This document shows positions 49,848-59,245 of a stretch of 64,000 nucleotides of DNA, piece after piece. Every line of letters begins with the position of its first letter. Position 1 is the stretch's first letter. Position numbers and translations under genes: made by a program. Below the pieces are notes generated by a model. It saw nothing but the letters and a program-made list of their open reading frames with translations. It did no database searches and was not told the DNA's origin. The DNA is from an uncultured delta proteobacterium (lineage in GTDB: Bacteria; Myxococcota; UBA727; VGSZ01), in contig CAVZJB010000005.1 in NCBI GenBank assembly GCA_963775425.1, positions 64,001 through 128,000 of the forward strand, read 5' to 3'.

Positions 49848-51275
49848 TCATTGTCGCCCCGCCGAATCGGATTCGAGGACCTCGATCTTGACGCCGGGCT
49901 TCAACAGGCGCGCCGCCGCCAGCGAGAGCTGCAGGTGCTCGCTCGGCAGGGTGCTGCCCTCGGCGAGCTTCAAGCGCTCGGGGCCGGCGGGGAACTGGCC
50001 GAACGTGGGGTCGGCGGGAACGAAGCCCTCGCCGTCGAGGTACACCTCGACCCACTCGTGGTAGCCGGCCCGCGTGCCGTCGATGATCACGCCGTCGACG
50101 AGGCGCGTGGGGAAGCCGCGGGCGCGCAACAGCGCCGACAGCAGCACGCTGTGCTCCGTGCAGTCGCCCGCGCGGCTCTCCAGGGTGGACACCGCCGGCG
50201 CGTAGCCGCGGTCGAGGCCCTTTTGCTTCACGTAGTGGAAGACGAAGTCGTTGAGCTTCTTCACCTCGTCCTTCTTCGAGGTCGCGCCCTTGGCCGCCTC
50301 GTCCGCGGTCCTCTTGATGCGCGGGTCGTTCACCTCTTCGTAGGGCGTGGCGCTCAGCAGCTCCGCCCGGCGCGCCGGCGTGAGCTTGCCGGTGAACGTG
50401 TCCCCTGCCTTCACCTCGACGATGACCGCGTCCCTGGTGCGCTTCTTCACCTTCTGCCGCGCGTCCTCGGGGACGTCGAAGTGCTTGGCGTCCGGCGCCA
50501 CCACCCGGTAGAGCACGCGCGACACCGGCGGCCGCACCTCCTTGGTGATCCACGTCGACAGCTTCAACAGGTCCGACGTGCCCGCCACGATGTCCTTGGG
50601 CGCGTGCCCCGGCGGATACGCCACGATGCCCATCGACGGCGTCCGCGCGACGATGGTCTCGCCCTTGGCGTTCATCTCCTCGTCGGTCTCGAGCTTCATG
50701 AAGGTGGACTTCACCATGAAGCCGTCGCCCTTCTTCTCGATCTCCACGTGCATGTCGACGGGCGCGCCCATCTCCTCGATGACCACGGGCTTGTCGAATT
50801 TCTCGCCGGCTTTGAGGTGCTCGCGCGTCTCGTGCTCGACGGCGACGGAGAAGGTGGTGCCCGGCTTCACCGGCAGCGAGTTTTTCACCGTGGAGCCGTT
50901 TTGCGTGGAGGTGAGCTCGAGGGTGTTGCCGACGATGCGCCCCTCGGTGACCAGGGTGCCCGAGGCGTCGGTGCGCTCGTAGCGGTACTTCACCGGCGTG
51001 CCGTCGGGCTTGAGGGTCACCAGGGTCTTGGTGAGCATGTCGTTGGTGGTGGCGCCGCGCGTGACGTGCAGCTTGGTGACGCGCGACAGCTCGATGCCCG
51101 ACGCCGTCTCTTTGTCGAGCGCCTCGATGGTGCCCACCTCCTGCCCACCGAGCGACACGACGAGCGTCTGGTTGAGCAGCGTGTCGTCCGCGCGCGCGCC
51201 CGCGGTTTGCGAGGCGAGCGCGACGACGACGGTGAGCCAGGCGGCGATGGGGGCGGCGGCGAGCGAGCGTTTCAT
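49848..51275 (-). CDS. Secreted transglutaminase-like domain protein
   Basis: Signal peptide; GDCTEHS (Cys), YHEWVEVY (His), ADPT (Asp). Confidence 0.9.
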   Translation of the reverse strand: MKRSLAAAPIAAWLTVVVALASQTAGARADDTLLNQTLVVSLGGQEVGTIEALDKETASGIELSRVTKLHVTRGATTNDMLTKTLVTLKPDGTPVKYRYERTDASGTLVTEGRIVGNTLELTSTQNGSTVKNSLPVKPGTTFSVAVEHETREHLKAGEKFDKPVVIEEMGAPVDMHVEIEKKGDGFMVKSTFMKLETDEEMNAKGETIVARTPSMGIVAYPPGHAPKDIVAGTSDLLKLSTWITKEVRPPVSRVLYRVVAPDAKHFDVPEDARQKVKKRTRDAVIVEVKAGDTFTGKLTPARRAELLSATPYEEVNDPRIKRTADEAAKGATSKKDEVKKLNDFVFHYVKQKGLDRGYAPAVSTLESRAGDCTEHSVLLSALLRARGFPTRLVDGVIIDGTRAGYHEWVEVYLDGEGFVPADPTFGQFPAGPERLKLAEGSTLPSEHLQLSLAAARLLKPGVKIEVLESDSAGRQ

Positions 51276-51409
51276 GCGCGGGAACCTAGCATCGAGACGG
51301 CCGGCGGCGACGGCGCATTCAGCAGCGGCGCGCGCCGCTCGCGCGCCGCCGGCGCGCGGGCCGCGGCGGATCCGTCGACGACGGCGACCCGCCGCGGGGG
51401 CCGCGCCCG

Positions 51410-51802
51410 CTACGCGGCCTTCTTGCCGGCGACCGCGTCCGCGGTGCGCTGCACGAGCTCGCTCACGCCTTCGCCGGCGTTCTTGCCCGTCGACACGCCG
51501 CTGTTGGTGACGCTCTCGCCCGCCGCGATGAACGCGAGCGTGAGGTGATCGACGCGGGCGACCACCCTGCGCAGCAGGCGCAGGCTCCCCTGCTGCAGGT
51601 CGTCGACGAAGTCGATGGCGCTCGAGGTGCGGGTGAACACCTCGCCGTGCACGTCGCGCAACGCGCCGAAGCAGGCGTCGCCGGTCTTCTGCGCCAGCTC
51701 GGCGCCGGCCTGCACGACGGCGGGCAACAACGCGCGCTCGCCTTCGAGGCGCACGGGCTTGTCGGTGGACTTTTCGATCTTCTCGGGGTTCTTCTCGGCC
51801 AT
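51410..51802 (-). CDS. Hypothetical amphipathic helical protein (phasin-like?)
   Basis: GGGAGG SD before ATG51802; 130 aa, helical and Ala/Val-rich, ends KKAA. Confidence 0.6.
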   Translation of the reverse strand: MAEKNPEKIEKSTDKPVRLEGERALLPAVVQAGAELAQKTGDACFGALRDVHGEVFTRTSSAIDFVDDLQQGSLRLLRRVVARVDHLTLAFIAAGESVTNSGVSTGKNAGEGVSELVQRTADAVAGKKAA

Positions 51803-51853
51803 GGTGACGTTCCTCCCGGCGGCGCTCCGTCCGCCCTGCCGGAGACCATGCCG

Positions 51854-51885
51854 ACGCACTGTGTCATTCGTGTGACACAATGCGT
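51854..51885. promoter_or_regulatory. 13-bp inverted repeat, operator-like
   Basis: ACGCACTGTGTCA-TTCGTG-TGACACAATGCGT (one mismatch) in an AT-richer gap between glpK and the 51802 gene. Confidence 0.6.
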
Positions 51886-51938
51886 TAATCTTTGGTCACG
51901 ACGTCGAGACCGCCGGGTGTGAGCACGCCCGCCCGTGC

Positions 51939-53432
51939 TCAGGCGCGGCCGACGGCGCGCGCCCACGTGGCGAGCTTCTTGTCGCGCGCGGCGGCCGGCA
52001 TCGACGGCGAGAACGTGGCCTGCTCGCGCCAGACGCGGCGCACGTCGTCTTTGGACTTGAACACGCCGACGGCGAGCCCGGCGAGCGCGGCCGAGCCGAG
52101 CGCCGTGGTCTCGATGACCTCGGGGCGCACGCAGCGCACGTCGAGGAGATCGGCCTGCATCTGCATGAGGAGGTCGTTGGCGGAGGCGCCGCCGTCGACC
52201 TTCAACACGGTGAGCGCGCCGGCGTCCTTCTTCATGGCGTTCAGGATGTCCACGTTTTGCAGGGCGATGCCCTCGAGGACGGCGCGCGCGACGTGGCCCT
52301 TGGTGGTGTCGCGCGTGAGGCCGCAGAGGAGGCCGCGCGCCTCGGGGCGCCAGTGCGGCGCGCCGAGGCCGGCGAGGGCGGGGACGAAGCACACGTCGCC
52401 GGCGTCGTCGACGGTGCGCGCGAGCCCCTCGATCTCGGTGGCGCGCGTGATGATGCCGAGGCCGTCGCGCAGCCACTGCACCGCCGCGCCCGCAATGAAC
52501 GCGGCGCCTTCGAGCGCGTACGTGACGTCGAGACCCTCGCCGTCCGCCTTGGGGAACGCGCACGCCACGGTGGTCAACAGGCCGTTCGACGACGGCACCG
52601 GGCGCGCGCCCGTGTTGAGCAACATGAAGGCGCCGGTGCCGTAGGTGCACTTGGCCTCGCCGGCGTCGAAGCAGGCTTGACCGAACAGCGCCGCCTGCTG
52701 ATCGCCGGCGATGCCCGCGACGGGGATGCCGTCGGGGAGGAACGACAACCCCGCGGTGCGCCCGTAGACCTCGCTCGACGAGCGCACCTCGGGGAGCGCC
52801 TGCCGCGGCACCTGGAAGAGGTCGCACAGCTCCTTGTCCCAGGTGCACGACTCGAGGTCCATGAGCAGCGTACGCGACGCGTTGGTGGCGTCGGTGATGA
52901 AGCTCTTGCCGCCGGTGAGCCGGTAGACGAGCCACGTGTCGATGGTGCCGAACAGCGCCTTGCCGCTCGCGGCCTTTTCGCGCGCGCCGGGGACGTTTTC
53001 GAGGAGCCACTCCATCTTGGTGCCGGCGAAGTACGGGTCGAAGATGAGCCCGGTCTTTCGCTTCAACATCGACTCGAGCCCGCGGCTCTTGAGCTCCGCG
53101 CAGCGCGCCGAGGTGCGGCGGTCCTGCCAGACGATGAAGTTGTGGAGGGGCGCGCCGCTGCCCGGCTCGAACAGGCAGGTGGTCTCGCGCTGGTTGGTGA
53201 TGCCGATGCCGGCGATGCTCTTCGGGTCGATGCCCGCGTCGGCGATGGCACCGGCGACGGCGGCCTCCACCGACTCCCAAATGGCCGTGGCCTCGTGCTC
53301 GACCCAGCTCGGCCGCGGAAAGACCTGCCGGAACTCCCGCGTGGCGCGGCCGCGGATGGCGAGCGCTTTGTCGACGACGAGCGCGGTGGTTCCCGTGGTG
53401 CCCTGATCGATGGCGAGGATGGTCTGTTCCAT
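51939..53432 (-). CDS. glpK: Glycerol kinase
   Basis: ILAIDQGTT, GITNQRET, IVWQDRRT, TDATNASRT, GDQQAALFGQ, KCTYGTG, VDGGA, ETTALG. Confidence 0.96.
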   Translation of the reverse strand: MEQTILAIDQGTTGTTALVVDKALAIRGRATREFRQVFPRPSWVEHEATAIWESVEAAVAGAIADAGIDPKSIAGIGITNQRETTCLFEPGSGAPLHNFIVWQDRRTSARCAELKSRGLESMLKRKTGLIFDPYFAGTKMEWLLENVPGAREKAASGKALFGTIDTWLVYRLTGGKSFITDATNASRTLLMDLESCTWDKELCDLFQVPRQALPEVRSSSEVYGRTAGLSFLPDGIPVAGIAGDQQAALFGQACFDAGEAKCTYGTGAFMLLNTGARPVPSSNGLLTTVACAFPKADGEGLDVTYALEGAAFIAGAAVQWLRDGLGIITRATEIEGLARTVDDAGDVCFVPALAGLGAPHWRPEARGLLCGLTRDTTKGHVARAVLEGIALQNVDILNAMKKDAGALTVLKVDGGASANDLLMQMQADLLDVRCVRPEVIETTALGSAALAGLAVGVFKSKDDVRRVWREQATFSPSMPAAARDKKLATWARAVGRA

Positions 53433-53626
53433 GGCGGCAGACGTTCGGCGAAGACCCCCGGACATTCAAGGGGGCGAGGCGGCGTCGGCGCCCCACGGAG
53501 CACGACGCTCTTCCAGGCGCGCGCGGCGCCGTCGTCGGCGCGCGCGAGGTCGAGGGCGAGCGGCGGCAGATGCGGCGCGCCTCGAGGGCCGACGCGGGGA
53601 AGGGAGCGCCCCGCGCCGGCCGGTTG

Positions 53627-54463
53627 TCAGCCGTCGCTCGGCGGCGGCGCGTTCGGCGGCGGCGGCGCGTTCGGCGGCGGCGGGATGAAGGGCAGGGGCT
53701 CCCCGTCGCGCACGAGCTGTTGCATGGCCGCGCGGAACGTCGCGCGCTCGTCGGCGTCGAGCGCGCCGTCGCCGTCGTCATCCCACGTGGCGATGAACGC
53801 GGCGCGCGCGGCGTCGCGCTCGTCGGCCGAGATGGCGCCGTCGCCGTCGGTGTCGAGGGCGGCGCGGTCGGCCTCGCGCTGTGCATCGAGGGACGCCTTG
53901 GCCGCGTCCCACTCGCCCTGCTCGAGGAGGCCTGAGCCGTCGGCGTCGAAGTCGGCGAGCAGCCTGGCGTTTCGGGCCTCGCAGCCGGCGGCGAGGTCGG
54001 CCTGGAGCTTGGCGCGCTCGGCGGCGTCGAGGTCGTGGGACTCGTCCTCGTCGTAGACGAGCATCAGCGGGCCGCCCGGGCCGGGCGGGCCGGCGCCGTC
54101 GTGCGGAGGAGCGCCGTGTGGCGGCGGAGCGCCGTCCGGGGGAGGAGCGCCGTCCGGTGGCGGGGCGCCGTCTTGCGGGGGCGCGCCCATGCCGCCGCCG
54201 CACGCTCCGCCGCCGCCGCCGGGAGCGGGCGGCGCGCCGAGGTCGACGCCGTCGGCGACCGGTGGCGCGCACATCGGCGGCGGGGCGTGATGGGACGACG
54301 TCGACGACCCGCTGCCGTCGGCGAGCGCCTGCTGCGCCGTCGACGTCAGGTTGCCGACGGAGTCGCACGCGACCAGCGCCGCGGCCGCCGCGAGCGTCGT
54401 CGCGGCCGCGCGCCACATCGAGCGCGCACCGCGCTTGTCTGTCTCTCTCTCTCGTTTCTTCAT
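53627..54463 (-). CDS. EF-hand calcium-binding lipoprotein with a Pro-rich linker
   Basis: Lipobox LVAC; four EF-hand loops (DEDESHDLDAAE, DADGSGLLEQGE, DTDGDGAISADE, DDDGDGALDADE); GGAGG SD. Confidence 0.85.
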   Translation of the reverse strand: MKKRERETDKRGARSMWRAAATTLAAAAALVACDSVGNLTSTAQQALADGSGSSTSSHHAPPPMCAPPVADGVDLGAPPAPGGGGGACGGGMGAPPQDGAPPPDGAPPPDGAPPPHGAPPHDGAGPPGPGGPLMLVYDEDESHDLDAAERAKLQADLAAGCEARNARLLADFDADGSGLLEQGEWDAAKASLDAQREADRAALDTDGDGAISADERDAARAAFIATWDDDGDGALDADERATFRAAMQQLVRDGEPLPFIPPPPNAPPPPNAPPPSDG

Positions 54464-54665
54464 CGGATCCTCCCCGGCGCGCCCGCGGGGCTGCGCGCTG
54501 CGCCGTCACGAAGGAGTCGTTCGCGCGCGCCTGATCCGTCCCGGTGACGACGTGACGGCGCCGACACATCGCGCGTGAACGAACGCGAGCTCCGGCGTCA
54601 CCGCTCGACGGTCGTCGGGCGGCGCGCGGCGTGAACGTGCGCGGGCGTCGCGCGCGAGGTGCTTG

Positions 54666-56168
54666 TCAGGAGGAGAGCTTCACCGTCACCGTCGTGCCTC
54701 GGCCGGGATCGCTCGTCACCGACACCGTGCCGCCGTGCGCTTCGATGATGCGCTTGGACAGGACCAGGCCGAGCCCGACGCCGCCGCCTTTGCGCGAGCG
54801 GCTCCTCTCCGCGCGGAAGAAGGGCGTGAACAGGCGGGCGAGATCCTCGGGCGCGATCCCGACGCCGTGATCTTCGACGACGACGACGGCGCTCGCGCCT
54901 TCGCGGTGCGCGCGCAGGCGCACCTCGCTGCCGGCGTCGGAGTACTTGCCGGCGTTGTCGAGGAAGTTGTCGAGCGCGCGCCGCACGAGGACGGCGTCGA
55001 GCGCCAGCGACGGCGCGCCCTCGATGACCCCGATGTCGACGACGAGCACGTGCCCGGGGTGCGCCGCGCGGAACCGCGCCGCCGCGTCCTCGACGAGCGA
55101 CGCCAGCGCGACGGGCGCGGTGCGCAGCGGTGTGGTGCCGACGGCGTCGAGGCGCGCGGCGGTGAGGATGTCGCCGACGAGCTGCTCGAGCTCGCCGAGG
55201 TCCTGCTCGATGTCCGACAGCGACTCCCGCGCGGCGCCGGCGTCTCCCTCCGCCGCGAGATCGAGCGCCACGCGGATCCGCGACAGCGGCGTGCGCAGCT
55301 CGTGCGAGACGTTCGCGAGCAGCTCGCGCTCTGCCCGCCGCGCCGAGCTCACGCGCCCGGCCATCTCGTTGAACGCCTTCGCGAGCTCTGCGAAGGCGCC
55401 GGCCCTGGCGGGGTCTGCGCGCGCGTCGACGTCGCCGTCGCCGAAGGCCTGCGTGGCGCGCGCGACCTCGGCGAGCGGCCGCGACAGCGTGAACGCGAAC
55501 GCCACCGACACCAGGCCGAGGAGCACGAGCACCGCGGCCGCCAGGAGCGCGAGCTTGGTGCTCTCGTGCACGCCCGGCACCGCGACGACGGCGACGAAGC
55601 GCGCGCCCGACGGCGCCATCAGCCCGAGCGCGTAGGCGTCCTCGAGGCCGCGCACGCCCGGCGGCGGCCGGTGGTCGTCGCCGGGACCGAGGAGCCCGGG
55701 CAGGAGCGGCGGCGGCGCGTGGAGGGGGCGGTCGTCGGCGCGCGGTGCGCGATTGGGGCGACGCCGATCGAACGGGCCGTCCCGCGGCGGCCGCGGGCCG
55801 TCGCGCGCCGGGGGGGGCGGCAACGGCGGGCGCGGACCGTCGATGCCGGGCGGGGGCGGCGGCGGGCGCGCGTCGAAGGGGGGACGGAAGCGCGGCGGGT
55901 CGTCGGTGTTGGCGGCGACGAGGTGGGCGTCGTCGTCGTAGAGCGCGAGCGCGAGGCCGGCGTCGCTCTTGAGGCGCTCCACCTCGGCTGTGCGGGCGGC
56001 GGGATCGTCGAGCGCCGCCGCCAGCGGCACGAGCGCGGCGCGCACGATGCCTGGCGACGGCGGCGGCGGCGACGAGCGCGCCACGACGATGGACGCGACC
56101 ACGGCGAGCGCCACCGAGCCGAGGGCGAGCAGATAGAGGCGCCGCAGCAGGCGCTGCCACGTCGTCAC
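54666..56168 (-). CDS. Sensor histidine kinase (TM-HAMP-HisKA-HATPase) with a Pro/Arg-rich sensor loop
   Basis: SHELRTPL, NFLDNAGKY, EDHGVG, FTPFFR, GVGLGL; GTGA overlap with the response regulator. Confidence 0.95.
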   Translation of the reverse strand: MTTWQRLLRRLYLLALGSVALAVVASIVVARSSPPPPSPGIVRAALVPLAAALDDPAARTAEVERLKSDAGLALALYDDDAHLVAANTDDPPRFRPPFDARPPPPPPGIDGPRPPLPPPPARDGPRPPRDGPFDRRRPNRAPRADDRPLHAPPPLLPGLLGPGDDHRPPPGVRGLEDAYALGLMAPSGARFVAVVAVPGVHESTKLALLAAAVLVLLGLVSVAFAFTLSRPLAEVARATQAFGDGDVDARADPARAGAFAELAKAFNEMAGRVSSARRAERELLANVSHELRTPLSRIRVALDLAAEGDAGAARESLSDIEQDLGELEQLVGDILTAARLDAVGTTPLRTAPVALASLVEDAAARFRAAHPGHVLVVDIGVIEGAPSLALDAVLVRRALDNFLDNAGKYSDAGSEVRLRAHREGASAVVVVEDHGVGIAPEDLARLFTPFFRAERSRSRKGGGVGLGLVLSKRIIEAHGGTVSVTSDPGRGTTVTVKLSS

Positions 56169-56914
56169 GCGTCCTCCGGCCCTTCGCGCTCGCTGTCGCT
56201 CACGCCCGCGAGCGCGAGCACGTAGCCTGCGCCGCGCACCGTCTTCAACAGGCGCGGGCGCTTCGGGTCGTCGCCGAGCTTCTGGCGCAGGCGCGAGATG
56301 CGTACGTCGATGGAGCGGTCGAACGCGTCCTCGGCGCTCCCCTTGGCGAGGTCGAGCAGCGCCTCCCGGGAGAGCACGCGGCCCGCGCGCTCCGCCAGCG
56401 CGCGCAGGAGCGCGAACTCGTAGGCCGTGAGCGCGACCGGTCTCCCGTCGAGCGTCGCCGACAGCGCCCCCGCGTCGAGCCGCAGCGGGCCCGCCTCGAC
56501 GACCTCGCTCTTGCCCGGCCCGCTGCCGCCGCGCGCGCGCCGCACTTGTGCGCGCACCCGCGCGAGCAGCTCGCGCGACGAGAAGGGCTTGGCGATGTAG
56601 TCGTCGGCGCCGCCCTCGAGCCCAAGCACGCGGTCGGCCTCCTCGCCGCGCGCCGTCACCATGAGGATGGGCACGTCGCTGCGCGCGCGCAGCAGCCGGC
56701 AGACCTCCACGCCGTCCTTGCCGGGCAGCATGAGGTCGAGGAGCACGGCGTCGAACGCGGCCTTCCTCTCGAGCGCCAGCGCGGTGTCGCCGTCGCCCGC
56801 GACGGTGACGACGAGGCCGTGGCTCTCGAGGTACTTCGCGGTCAAGCGCGCGAGCTTCTCGTCGTCCTCGACGAGCAGCACGCGGATGGGCGCACCGGAG
56901 CTCTCCACGCTCAC
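56165..56914 (-). CDS. OmpR/PhoB-family response regulator
   Basis: LLVEDD, LLDLMLP, GADDYIAKPF, LTAYEF, RSIDVRISRLRQK. Confidence 0.95.
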   Translation of the reverse strand: MSVESSGAPIRVLLVEDDEKLARLTAKYLESHGLVVTVAGDGDTALALERKAAFDAVLLDLMLPGKDGVEVCRLLRARSDVPILMVTARGEEADRVLGLEGGADDYIAKPFSSRELLARVRAQVRRARGGSGPGKSEVVEAGPLRLDAGALSATLDGRPVALTAYEFALLRALAERAGRVLSREALLDLAKGSAEDAFDRSIDVRISRLRQKLGDDPKRPRLLKTVRGAGYVLALAGVSDSEREGPEDA

Positions 56915-57498
56915 CACTGTAGTGCCTCGAGGGCGCGGCGCGCCCGCCGCCGCCCGCGGTGCAGGCGGGACTCGACGGTGCCGACGGCGACACCCAGCGC
57001 GGCCGCGATCTCCCGTGCCGAGAGCCCCTCCGCGTGAAGCACGAGCACCGCGCGCTGGCCCGCGGGCAGCGACGCGAGCGCGCGCTCGAGGTGCGCGCGG
57101 TCCTCCGACGACGCCGCGCGCTGGTGGACCGACGGCGCCTCGTCGACGACGTCGTCGAGGTCGTCGCCGATCAACACTGCGCGCTCGCGCGAGAGGGTGC
57201 GCAGGCGATCGACGGCGGCGTGGTGCGCGATACGCGCGATCCAGCCCTGGAGCGCGCGCGGATCGCGCAGCCCGGTGAGGCCCTCGTACACGCGCGCGTA
57301 CGTCTCCTGCATGACGTCCTCGGCGTCGGCCTCGTTGCGCATCACCCGCAGCGCCACGGCGCGCACCCTCCGGCACGACGTCGCCACCAGCTCCGCGAAC
57401 GCGGCGCCTCCTGTGGGCGCGCCCCCGGGGCCCCTCGGGGCGCGCGGCGCGCCGCCGTCTCTGTCGGCTCCGGGCTTCGGCGGCGTCTGCTTGCGCAT
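56911..57498 (-). CDS. ECF-type sigma-70 factor
   Basis: DAEDVMQE, W..RIA...AVD..R (region 2); LP...R.VLVL...GLS..EIA..LGV..GTVESRLHRGR (region 4). Confidence 0.92.
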   Translation of the reverse strand: MRKQTPPKPGADRDGGAPRAPRGPGGAPTGGAAFAELVATSCRRVRAVALRVMRNEADAEDVMQETYARVYEGLTGLRDPRALQGWIARIAHHAAVDRLRTLSRERAVLIGDDLDDVVDEAPSVHQRAASSEDRAHLERALASLPAGQRAVLVLHAEGLSAREIAAALGVAVGTVESRLHRGRRRARRALEALQW

Positions 57499-57643
57499 GC
57501 GGGCACCGTACGAAGGGCGCGTTTCAGCAACGTTTCGGCTCGATGTCGTGTTGTGCCGTGACCCGGCGCACGGCGTCGGACCGGGCGCGCCGCGCGCGGA
57601 TGCTCGCGATCGCTTGCCGCGCTGCGTGAGCTAGGCTGCCCCC

Positions 57644-57958
57644 ATGAGCCTCGAGCCTTCGTCGGCGGCGGCGGCGCCCTCCGGCCTGCCCACACAGCAC
57701 AAGGGCGTACACGTCCCCGACGTGCCCACCCACCTCGCGGCTTCGGTGCTCTCCGCGCTCTTCTGCGTGGGCGACGGCGACCCCGAGGGCGCCCGCGACG
57801 CCTCGCGCAAGGCGCGCCTGTGGTTGTTCGCCGGGCCGGTCGCGGGGGCGGTGTGCATGTGCGTGGTCGCGGCCGTCACGCTCCTCGATCAAACGCGGCC
57901 GCTCCCTCCGGTCGCTGATCAGCTCCTCGGCGAGCACCTCTCCGGTTTGCACCCGTGA
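57644..57958 (+). CDS. CD225/dispanin-family membrane protein, internally deleted (possible pseudogene)
   Basis: VPTHLAASVLSALFC joined directly to GDPEGARDASRKARLW; the usual CxPxGIVAIxxx(Q/K)V segment is missing. Confidence 0.65.
   Translation: MSLEPSSAAAAPSGLPTQHKGVHVPDVPTHLAASVLSALFCVGDGDPEGARDASRKARLWLFAGPVAGAVCMCVVAAVTLLDQTRPLPPVADQLLGEHLSGLHP
57894..57916. repeat. Dispersed copy of the REP-like hairpin seen at 8514-8623
   Basis: CGCGGCCGCTCCCTCCGGTCGCT, identical to the tandem-unit core. Confidence 0.85.
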
Positions 57959-58344
57959 CGCCCCGCGCGCGCCGGGCCCTCGTCGTCGCCTGCGCCGCCG
58001 CCGGGTGCGCGGTCGTCCTCGCGCTCGTGTACGCCTACGATCCGTCGACGACGAAGGGCTTGTTCCCGCCCTGCATCTTCCACTGGGCCACGGGGCTTCA
58101 GTGCCCCGGCTGCGGCGCCACGCGCGCGATGCACGCGCTCCTGCACGGCGACGTTCGCACCGCCTTCGCCTTCAACCCGCTCTTCGTCGTCGCGCTGCCG
58201 TTCGCGCTCGCGTGGGGCGTCCGTGAGGCCATCTCGATCCTCGCCGCCGCTCCCGCGCGTCGCCGCCTGTCGCCGCGCGCCGTCGGCGTGACGATCGTCG
58301 TGCTCATCGCGTACGGCGTGGTGCGCAACATCCTCCACGTGTGA
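57955..58344 (+). CDS. DUF2752-family membrane protein
   Basis: PCIFHWATGLQCPGCGATRAMHALLHGD...AF.FNP; commonly paired with CD225 genes. Confidence 0.92.
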   Translation: MTPRARRALVVACAAAGCAVVLALVYAYDPSTTKGLFPPCIFHWATGLQCPGCGATRAMHALLHGDVRTAFAFNPLFVVALPFALAWGVREAISILAAAPARRRLSPRAVGVTIVVLIAYGVVRNILHV

Positions 58345-58348
58345 TCAG

Positions 58349-58371
58349 CGCGGCCGCTCCCTCCGGTCGCT
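58349..58371. repeat. Dispersed copy of the REP-like hairpin
   Basis: CGCGGCCGCTCCCTCCGGTCGCT just after the DUF2752 stop codon. Confidence 0.85.
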
Positions 58372-58435
58372 TGACTCAGGGCGCTGATCTCCGCGGGTTT
58401 CACGTATGATCGCGCATGCCCGGCCGGAACCGCAG

Positions 58436-59245
58436 ATGACGCTCGCCGCCGCCCTCGTCTTCGCCCTCGTCGCCCAGGCCCCGCCCGCCGACGCCGCTGC
58501 CCCGTCCGCCGCCGCGTCGCCGCCCGCTGCGCCGCCCGCCCCCGAGCGCTGCAAGATCGTCGTGCTGAACCTCGTCGGGCGCTCGTTGCCGCCGGCGGAC
58601 AAGGATCTACCCGCGCTCCTCACCGAGACGCTCGCGAGCGAGGTCGAGACGGCGTCGGGTTGCGGCGTCGTCAGCCAGGCCGACATCGTGTCGATGCTCG
58701 ACTACGAAAAGCAAAAGGCCGTCTGCTCCGACGGCAGCGACTCGTGCCTCGCCGAGATCGGTCAGGCGCTCGGCGCCGACCGCGTGGTGGCCGGCACCGT
58801 CGGCAAGCTCGGCGCGGAGACCATCCTCACGGCGCGCTTGATGAACGTGAAGAAGGGCGTGGTCGAGCAGCGCGCGGAGCAGACGGTGCAGGGCGCCCCC
58901 GAGAAGCTCCGGCGCGCGGCGAAGAACGTCGGCCGCAGGCTGTTCGGCGTCGCCGACCTCCCCGACGACGCCAAGGTCGACGACACCCCGCTGTCGAGCG
59001 GCGCGTCGTCGGGCGGCGGCGCGCTCGTGTGGACGGGCGTCGTCGTCGGCGGCGCCGGCGTCGTCGCCGTCGCCGTCGGAGGGACGCTCGCTGTCCTCGC
59101 GGAGAACCAGCTCGCCGACCCCCACGTCTCCGGCAAGAACAAGACGGAGGCCCACGACGAAGGCCTCATCGCCCTCGGCGTGGCCGGCGCTGGCGCCCTC
59201 GTCGGCGTCGGCGGCGCCGTCGTCGCCCTCGTGTCCATGGAGTGA
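58436..59245 (+). CDS. Secreted CsgG/TolB-N-like alpha/beta domain protein with a C-terminal Gly-rich TM hairpin
   Basis: Signal peptide; CSDGSDSCLAEIGQALGADRVVAGTVGKLG, homologous to the modules in 15787..17076; two hydrophobic C-terminal segments. Confidence 0.78.
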   Translation: MTLAAALVFALVAQAPPADAAAPSAAASPPAAPPAPERCKIVVLNLVGRSLPPADKDLPALLTETLASEVETASGCGVVSQADIVSMLDYEKQKAVCSDGSDSCLAEIGQALGADRVVAGTVGKLGAETILTARLMNVKKGVVEQRAEQTVQGAPEKLRRAAKNVGRRLFGVADLPDDAKVDDTPLSSGASSGGGALVWTGVVVGGAGVVAVAVGGTLAVLAENQLADPHVSGKNKTEAHDEGLIALGVAGAGALVGVGGAVVALVSME

